From sequence record PP434423.1: a stretch of 64,000 nt of DNA. The stretch is one strand, 5' to 3'. The position numbers and the translations under genes were made by a program. Below, piece after piece: positions 58,535 to 64,000 of the stretch (its first letter is position 1; each line of letters starts with the position of its first letter). Below the pieces are notes generated by a model. The model was not told the DNA's origin, did not search any database, and saw only the letters and a program-made list of their open reading frames with translations. Source of the stretch: Escherichia phage 236Ecol005PP.

Positions 58535-59116
58535 CTAACCGAGCTTTTTAGTTAATTCATTCCAATGTTTTCTACACAAAGAAACATAAATTTCATCACC
58601 AATACAGATTTGATTACCTTCTTTAACTGGTGTTCCATCTTCCATTAATCGAGCCGTCATAATAGCTTTTTTACCACAATGACAAACTGCTTTTAGTTCA
58701 ATAAGTTTATCTGCAATCGCTAAAAGTTCTTTAGAACCTTCAAATAATTTTCCAGCGAAATCAGTCCTTAGACCATAAGCCATAACAGGAACATTGTATG
58801 TATCGACAATTCGGCTTAATTGATGCACCTGTTCAGTTTTTAAAAACTGGGCTTCATCTACAAATACGCAATGAATATCTTTTTGTGCTTCAGCCCATTT
58901 ATAGAACTCGAAAATATCCATATCATCTGTAATAATATTCGCTTCCTGCTTAATTCCAATGCGAGAAACGACTTCACAGACAGAATCACGAGTATCAATA
59001 GCAGGCTTAAGAACTAATACACTCATTCCACGTTCTTTATAATTATGCGCAGCAGTCAAAAGAGAAGCAGATTTTCCAGCATTCATTGCTGCATAAGTAA
59101 AAATTAAACTCGCCAT
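58535..59116 (-). CDS. tk: thymidine kinase
   Basis: 193 aa; P-loop AAMNAGKS and C-terminal zinc-binding cysteines. Confidence 0.9.
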   Translation of the reverse strand: MASLIFTYAAMNAGKSASLLTAAHNYKERGMSVLVLKPAIDTRDSVCEVVSRIGIKQEANIITDDMDIFEFYKWAEAQKDIHCVFVDEAQFLKTEQVHQLSRIVDTYNVPVMAYGLRTDFAGKLFEGSKELLAIADKLIELKAVCHCGKKAIMTARLMEDGTPVKEGNQICIGDEIYVSLCRKHWNELTKKLG

Positions 59117-59125
59117 ATCACCTTC

Positions 59126-59332
59126 TTAAAGCGTATTCACATAAGCTATTAATTCGTTTTCTTTCTTATCAAACCGGTCAGCAAATTCTTCTTGCTGTTC
59201 GGGAGATAGCGGGCCGTATTCATCATAAAAGGTGTTTGCTTCTGTATGCTCATCTAGAAGTTCATGGATAAGCTCAAACAATTTATCTTTTTGTTCTTTA
59301 CTCAGACTCATAACCATGTAACCTTTAAGCAA
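59126..59332 (-). CDS. hypothetical protein
   Basis: 68-aa ORF. Confidence 0.4.
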   Translation of the reverse strand: MLKGYMVMSLSKEQKDKLFELIHELLDEHTEANTFYDEYGPLSPEQQEEFADRFDKKENELIAYVNTL

Positions 59333-59520
59333 TATTCTTCTACATGTTGTTTACGACCTTTCTTATCAATAAAGGTATATTCAACGAATGTTCCAATGTA
59401 GTCTTTATCTACATCATGTGGACTATTAATTGGGCATTTAGTGCGGCAAATGCGTTCCCATTGACGAATAATTACTGCTTTGTTTTTAGGATCAAATGGA
59501 TGAGGGTAATGTACTTTCAT
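59308..59520 (-). CDS. hypothetical protein
   Basis: 70-aa ORF. Confidence 0.4.
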   Translation of the reverse strand: MKVHYPHPFDPKNKAVIIRQWERICRTKCPINSPHDVDKDYIGTFVEYTFIDKKGRKQHVEEYCLKVTWL

Positions 59521-59971
59521 AATCCACCACTATTAAATCAATATCAGGAGTAAACATGTCGATTAATTTAGAAACCTTATCCCAATCACCGCCAGCAATA
59601 CCACAACCTATGCGTGGGATGTAAATTACTGGTTTAAACAAAAGGGTCTCTGCCTGTAGATTTAATTCTATCATGCAGTTTACTAAAGCACCATAATCAA
59701 GATTAGGACCTGGTTCGTATTGTGTATACAGATTATAGCATATACCAAATCCCGCAGGACTATGTTTAAAAACAATAGACATATCGCCTAATTTATCACG
59801 AGAACCATATTCAGTAGTGGTTTTATCTATTTCTAAAATTTTAGGATAGGCCCTTGCTAATTGACCCGCTACGCCTGAACCCATAGTATGAAAACAATTG
59901 CATCCATGCGCAATATTTTTACCTTCAGTGAAAAGGGCGACAATATCGCCCTTGATATATTTTACAATCAT
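59492..59971 (-). CDS. macro-domain protein (ADP-ribose binding/hydrolase fold)
   Basis: 159 aa; NIAHGCNCFHTMGSGVAGQL and IGCGIAGG motifs. Confidence 0.55.
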   Translation of the reverse strand: MIVKYIKGDIVALFTEGKNIAHGCNCFHTMGSGVAGQLARAYPKILEIDKTTTEYGSRDKLGDMSIVFKHSPAGFGICYNLYTQYEPGPNLDYGALVNCMIELNLQAETLLFKPVIYIPRIGCGIAGGDWDKVSKLIDMFTPDIDLIVVDYESTLPSSI

Positions 59972-60309
59972 TTAGTACTCAATCCTCGATTATAAGAATC
60001 TACCAAACGGTCAACCATTGAATGACAAGCGGCTTTATCTTTCTCCTCCGCAACTGAACATTCTAAGGTATTCCACTTTTTAGCATATCGTTTTAATAAA
60101 GTATCGTTCTTGTATCTGCTTGATTTATCTCTTTCTCCGTCTTTATATGCATATATTAATTTCTGCGCAAATTCAGCTTGGCATGCTTTATTTTTCCCAC
60201 AGTAATCTGCCGCAGTGCGATTTACATATTCTCTAATTTCAGTATATGATGTATCTGCTAACGCAGAAAATGAAATTAATCCTATACATAAAACCAAAAT
60301 TTTAGTCAT
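59968..60309 (-). CDS. secreted hypothetical protein
   Basis: 113 aa with N-terminal signal peptide. Confidence 0.45.
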   Translation of the reverse strand: MTKILVLCIGLISFSALADTSYTEIREYVNRTAADYCGKNKACQAEFAQKLIYAYKDGERDKSSRYKNDTLLKRYAKKWNTLECSVAEEKDKAACHSMVDRLVDSYNRGLSTK

Positions 60310-60847
60310 TTACTATTTCCAACAGTTTATTATTTTTAAGGTAGTTAGCCTTTTCTAGGACTTCAGAAGCATATTTAGAACCTGCTTTAACATTCCATCC
60401 CGAATTATAAGAGGATATTGCCTTTCTTATATCTCCCTTATGTATATTTAACCAATAAGAAAGTTCAATGTACGCCCAGGAAGCTGAATTGGACCGTTTA
60501 TTCAACATTCTTTTTATTTCGGCATCGGTCATATTATAACCAAGTTCCTTAACTCTTGCACGCATGGTCGGCAAATAGTTTTGGAACATTCCGTAGGCAT
60601 GATGCTTTGGTTTAGATTTTAAATTAACTCCGGCAGAGCTTTCTTGCCATAAAATAGCAGCCATTATATGACCTAATCCGCTCTTGTGGATATTTTTATG
60701 TGTTTTATATTTTCCATCCTTGGAAAATTGTTCCCCGAATTGATACGCGTAACGCATGTTATCGAGTTGGACATTACTGAAAGTATGCTCGGAGCTATGT
60801 GCCATCATTGAAATGGCCAATAGACCAGCGAGTAGTGCTTTTCTCAT
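60302..60847 (-). CDS. secreted lytic-transglycosylase-like protein
   Basis: 181 aa; signal peptide; ILWQESS and SYNSG motifs. Confidence 0.5.
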   Translation of the reverse strand: MRKALLAGLLAISMMAHSSEHTFSNVQLDNMRYAYQFGEQFSKDGKYKTHKNIHKSGLGHIMAAILWQESSAGVNLKSKPKHHAYGMFQNYLPTMRARVKELGYNMTDAEIKRMLNKRSNSASWAYIELSYWLNIHKGDIRKAISSYNSGWNVKAGSKYASEVLEKANYLKNNKLLEIVND

Positions 60848-60854
60848 GCTTACC

Positions 60855-61316
60855 TCATTGAGTTTTAATTACTGCTTTAGAAGCCTTTCCTGGTAAACGA
60901 CGACTGTTGATAATTGCCATCCTACACTGAAGTGACGGGTCTTTGAACTTCGCATTAGGTTTACAAACTGTAAATCCAAGCCAAAGATTTCCATCTGTGA
61001 TTTCTAAACGTCCAGGACGATATTCAACCCCATCAATAAAATCCTCGTCAATGTCAGGACGCGGAGGCATACTCAGGAATTCATTAACTTCTAAAACATG
61101 GTCTTTTATTTTGTGGAATAATTCAAAAACATATGTCTCATCAATCTCCCGCTGAATTGCACGATCAAGAAGATGCTGAGAATATTTTAGATGAAACGAT
61201 GAGACTCCTGCTGCTTTTGATGCCTCACGAATCTCATTGTTAATTTGACGAAACTCCGACTCAAAGTGACGACGGAGCTTATTTCGACGGATAAAAACTT
61301 CTGTGTTGATAGTCAT
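60855..61316 (-). CDS. regB: RegB endoribonuclease
   Basis: 153 aa; size and position; preceded by early promoter. Confidence 0.75.
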   Translation of the reverse strand: MTINTEVFIRRNKLRRHFESEFRQINNEIREASKAAGVSSFHLKYSQHLLDRAIQREIDETYVFELFHKIKDHVLEVNEFLSMPPRPDIDEDFIDGVEYRPGRLEITDGNLWLGFTVCKPNAKFKDPSLQCRMAIINSRRLPGKASKAVIKTQ

Positions 61317-61340
61317 GTTATTCTCCTCTTAACTGATAGA

Positions 61341-61376
61341 AAAATTATACTACAGTCAAGAGGAAAAGTAAACAGT
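61341..61376 (-). promoter_or_regulatory. T4-type early promoter (GTTTAC / TATAAT) upstream of regB
   Basis: plus gtaaac 61368-61373, attata 61344-61349. Confidence 0.5.
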
Positions 61377-61654
61377 TATTCTTTAAATCTAATCAATTTA
61401 TTCATAGACTTTGTAACTTCTGCACGAACCTCATGTAGGTTTTTAAGCTGTTCAAGACGTTGCTCATAGTAAGCAATTTCATCTTCTTCGAGACAGTCCT
61501 GCGAATCTTCTTTAAGATAACGCGCATAGTCCTGGAAAGCTTTACGGACTACTTCCTGGAAGTCATCAAGACTTTGAATTTTCTTAGGAGCAACAGATAC
61601 ACGACGAGGGGCAGTATAATACTCATAACCAAACCCTGCGCTTAATTGAGCCAT
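61376..61654 (-). CDS. hypothetical protein
   Basis: ORF from internal ATG at 61654. Confidence 0.4.
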   Translation of the reverse strand: MAQLSAGFGYEYYTAPRRVSVAPKKIQSLDDFQEVVRKAFQDYARYLKEDSQDCLEEDEIAYYEQRLEQLKNLHEVRAEVTKSMNKLIRFKE

Positions 61655-61920
61655 TAATATTTTTCCTCTGGTTGGAACACAGCACGACAAGCCCACATAC
61701 TGGCTTCTTTGAGTTTCGTTTTAGCAATAGTTAACTGATCAAGACTTTCAGCATAATTCTTCGCGAATTCACAGTCTTCACAATTATCTAGTGCTTCCCA
61801 GAATTCATCATATAAAGCATCAAAGATAAGTCCTAAACGAACTTCAGCATCTTTGATAGCATTCACTTTACCGATTTTCTCTTCAGTATGTGGCTTATAA
61901 CCCTTAATATCTTCAATCAT
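61654..61920 (-). CDS. hypothetical protein
   Basis: 88-aa ORF. Confidence 0.4.
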   Translation of the reverse strand: MIEDIKGYKPHTEEKIGKVNAIKDAEVRLGLIFDALYDEFWEALDNCEDCEFAKNYAESLDQLTIAKTKLKEASMWACRAVFQPEEKY

Positions 61921-62134
61921 ATTTTACTTCCTCACCAGTACCTAAATCATATTCAACTAAACGAATAGGTTCATGAATGCCATATCCCTGAACAGAAATT
62001 TCTGTCGTAGGATAAATTCCATCAATATCACCCATATTCCATGCTTCATTAAATTGCTGTTCGCCTGAATTACTAAACCACTCGGCGAAAGCATTTAGCA
62101 CATCTTTAGAACCTTCAATAATTATCTTTGCCAT
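61913..62134 (-). CDS. hypothetical protein
   Basis: 73-aa ORF. Confidence 0.4.
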   Translation of the reverse strand: MAKIIIEGSKDVLNAFAEWFSNSGEQQFNEAWNMGDIDGIYPTTEISVQGYGIHEPIRLVEYDLGTGEEVKYD

Positions 62135-62508
62135 TACAGACTCTCAGTAAAGGTACGAGCGATAACGTCGCGCTGCTGTTCCGGAGTCAGAGAGTTAAAG
62201 CGAACTGCATAACCGGATACACGGATGGTCAGCTGCGGATATTTTTCCGGATGCTTAACTGCATCTTCCAGAGTTTCACGACGCAGAACATTAACGTTCA
62301 AGTGTTGACCACCTTCAATTTTAACTGTAGGTTGTGTTTCAATTTCAATTTCACGGGCATGCAAACCGTAGAAAATTTCTGGGTCTACAAAAGAGTCCTC
62401 TTTAAAGGTTTTAGAGACAATAATTCGTGCTTGAATACCGTCTTCAAAATAAATAGTACCTTTATGTGTGCCTTCAAGAATTTGATATGCTTTCATATAA
62501 CCTCTCAA
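62134..62508 (-). CDS. autonomous glycyl-radical cofactor (GrcA/YfiD-like; cf. T4 Y06I)
   Basis: C-terminal [29 protein letters not shown] glycyl-radical motif; 3' half is GC-rich relative to surroundings. Confidence 0.6.
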   Translation of the reverse strand: MRGYMKAYQILEGTHKGTIYFEDGIQARIIVSKTFKEDSFVDPEIFYGLHAREIEIETQPTVKIEGGQHLNVNVLRRETLEDAVKHPEKYPQLTIRVSGYAVRFNSLTPEQQRDVIARTFTESL

Positions 62509-62834
62509 TTAGAAAATAAATTTATCCAAGATTGCTCTTTAATTAAAAATGGCTCAGAATCATATGCCATTAAACTTTGGGTAATTAGTCCTTTAAAAGG
62601 CCCATCAATAAATTCCATGGTAAAATATGGAATTTTATTCATTAATCTTGCATTAGGAGCAGTGCACAAAACTCTGCATCCTTTGAATACGCCTTTTTGT
62701 AATTTGTATTGCTTAGGATAAAATTCGCTCAAGACGTTGTTATTTGCCAAAATTTCAAAATGATTCACCAATTTATTTTTAATAGTTTTTGGCGAAAAAT
62801 AAAGATATTCGAAAAGTTGCGTGTCTGTCATCAT
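62505..62834 (-). CDS. hypothetical protein
   Basis: ORF from internal ATG ([10 protein letters not shown]). Confidence 0.4.
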   Translation of the reverse strand: MMTDTQLFEYLYFSPKTIKNKLVNHFEILANNNVLSEFYPKQYKLQKGVFKGCRVLCTAPNARLMNKIPYFTMEFIDGPFKGLITQSLMAYDSEPFLIKEQSWINLFSN

Positions 62835-63373
62835 TGCATTCCGATTACGAAAAACTGCGGACGAGTAATACCACCAATGCAACAATTACTATTGCAACAG
62901 TGGTGCACAGTTTCAATATGAATATCGTAAATTTTATCCATATCAGGAGATTTAACAGGCTCATCAATTATATACAAAATCCGCGAAAGCGATAAACCTC
63001 TGAACTTGCTACCTCTATTACCAACAAAACTACGGACAGAATCAGTAAATAAACGGAATCGAATATCATCGCCAGAATAACGAGAAAATTCTTTTTTAAT
63101 GTGGCCCGCAGAAATTTTAGCATAAGATGAAGTATTAGAAAGAACAATAACCGTTCCACCGTCATACAACCAATTAGCAGCAAAGTTAGTCACAGCAGTT
63201 GATTTACCTGATTGTCTGCCGCCATCTAAACGAAGTGTGCAGTATTCTTTAAATAAATGCGGCGAATCAGGTACATAAAATCCACTGTTACAAATTTCTT
63301 CTACTCTAGCATCAGAATGGTGTGTAAAAGCATTCATCAGGGATAGATAAGGACCAGTTAAAAATGTTCTCAT
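62831..63373 (-). CDS. P-loop NTPase-like protein
   Basis: ORF from ATG at 63373 (MRTFLTGPYLS); Walker A GGRQSGKST. Confidence 0.45.
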   Translation of the reverse strand: MRTFLTGPYLSLMNAFTHHSDARVEEICNSGFYVPDSPHLFKEYCTLRLDGGRQSGKSTAVTNFAANWLYDGGTVIVLSNTSSYAKISAGHIKKEFSRYSGDDIRFRLFTDSVRSFVGNRGSKFRGLSLSRILYIIDEPVKSPDMDKIYDIHIETVHHCCNSNCCIGGITRPQFFVIGMQ

Positions 63374-63550
63374 TTTATTCTCTCTAAATTTGGGCCATTC
63401 CATGGCGCATGAATTGTCCATTTCTGTATTTACCCATTACCGCACTTGGGCTCGACCTTATTACAGGTTGGCGGGAATCCCTCATAGAATCATGAGGTCC
63501 AGGTTGTTCCCATGTTATTTGAATGTAAATAGGCCTAAGTATCGGCCTTA

Positions 63551-64000
63551 TTAATTACCACGGGCTGCATTAGCAACGGCGTAAGCGTACTGAACATTAG
63601 CGTCTTTAAACGTACCTTTAGAGGTATCTAGTTCTGCCTTAAAGCCGCCTTTAGCCATAACATCGGCAAATTCTTTACGGAAAGCCATTGCATCAAGACC
63701 TTTCCATGATGATTTGTGCTTGGCGAATTCAAGACCAGCGTAGTTGACAGCCTTAGCTAATTTATTATCAATAACCCATTTACCAGCTTTAGGTACAAAT
63801 ACCGGGCCTTTCTGTTTAGAGAATAGTTTTAAATTCCAGCGACGAAGGTCACCGTCAGCTTTAACAAAAGCTGCGTCCAAGTTACTAGCAACAACATCTT
63901 GGATATGGGCAAATTTAAGCCCATCAGCTTCAATATTTAGGTCGTTACGCCAGCGAAGTCCTTCCCAGGCGAAAGCTTTAAAGTCAGAAGCCTTTGTAGC
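63551..64000 (-). CDS. Ala/Lys-rich protein, 5'-partial (runs off right edge of window)
   Basis: frame open from 64000 to stop at 63551; no confirmed start inside window. Confidence 0.4.
   Translation of the reverse strand, partial: ATKASDFKAFAWEGLRWRNDLNIEADGLKFAHIQDVVASNLDAAFVKADGDLRRWNLKLFSKQKGPVFVPKAGKWVIDNKLAKAVNYAGLEFAKHKSSWKGLDAMAFRKEFADVMAKGGFKAELDTSKGTFKDANVQYAYAVANAARGN

Noticed and set aside
62128-62721. 197-aa plus-strand ORF
   Set aside because: Antisense to the GrcA-like gene and its neighbour, which are supported by motifs; starts at TTG with no SD; low-complexity product. Treated as a shadow ORF.
1-64000. tRNA, rRNA or CRISPR features
   Set aside because: No direct-repeat/spacer array and no cloverleaf-like clusters noticed by eye; a tRNA scan would be needed to be certain.

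Overview
This window is the left ~64 kb of a T4-like (T-even) coliphage genome, running from rIIA at the window start to an Ala/Lys-rich partial ORF at the right edge. Almost every gene is on the minus strand and tightly packed, with frequent ATGA/TAATG start-stop overlaps. Recognisable genes in order: rIIA, an uninterrupted topoisomerase gene 39, motB, dexA, dda, srd, modA/modB, soc, a segF-like GIY-YIG gene, 56, 61, sp, dmd, 41, 40, uvsX, bgt, 42, imm, 43, regA, 62, 44, 45, rpbA, 46, 47, agt, 55, nrdH, nrdG, nrdD (with a group I intron), 49, nrdC, a plastic nrdC-to-rI region, rI, tk and regB. Regulatory signals visible by eye are T4-type early promoters (GTTTAC -35, TATAAT/TATAGT -10), middle promoters with MotA boxes, late promoters (TATAAATA) and UUCG-tetraloop terminator hairpins. 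The most notable observations are two genes that appear frameshifted at A/T runs (bgt and the intron-encoded I-TevII-like endonuclease), a four-gene paralog family and a nucleotidyltransferase-like/ATPase pair in the nrdC-rI region, repeated stem-loop-plus-early-promoter cassettes, and a lone plus-strand small membrane ORF between genes 56 and 61. No rRNA, tRNA or CRISPR array was recognised. Gene names rest on motifs plus recalled T4 gene sizes and order; nothing was searched against a database.
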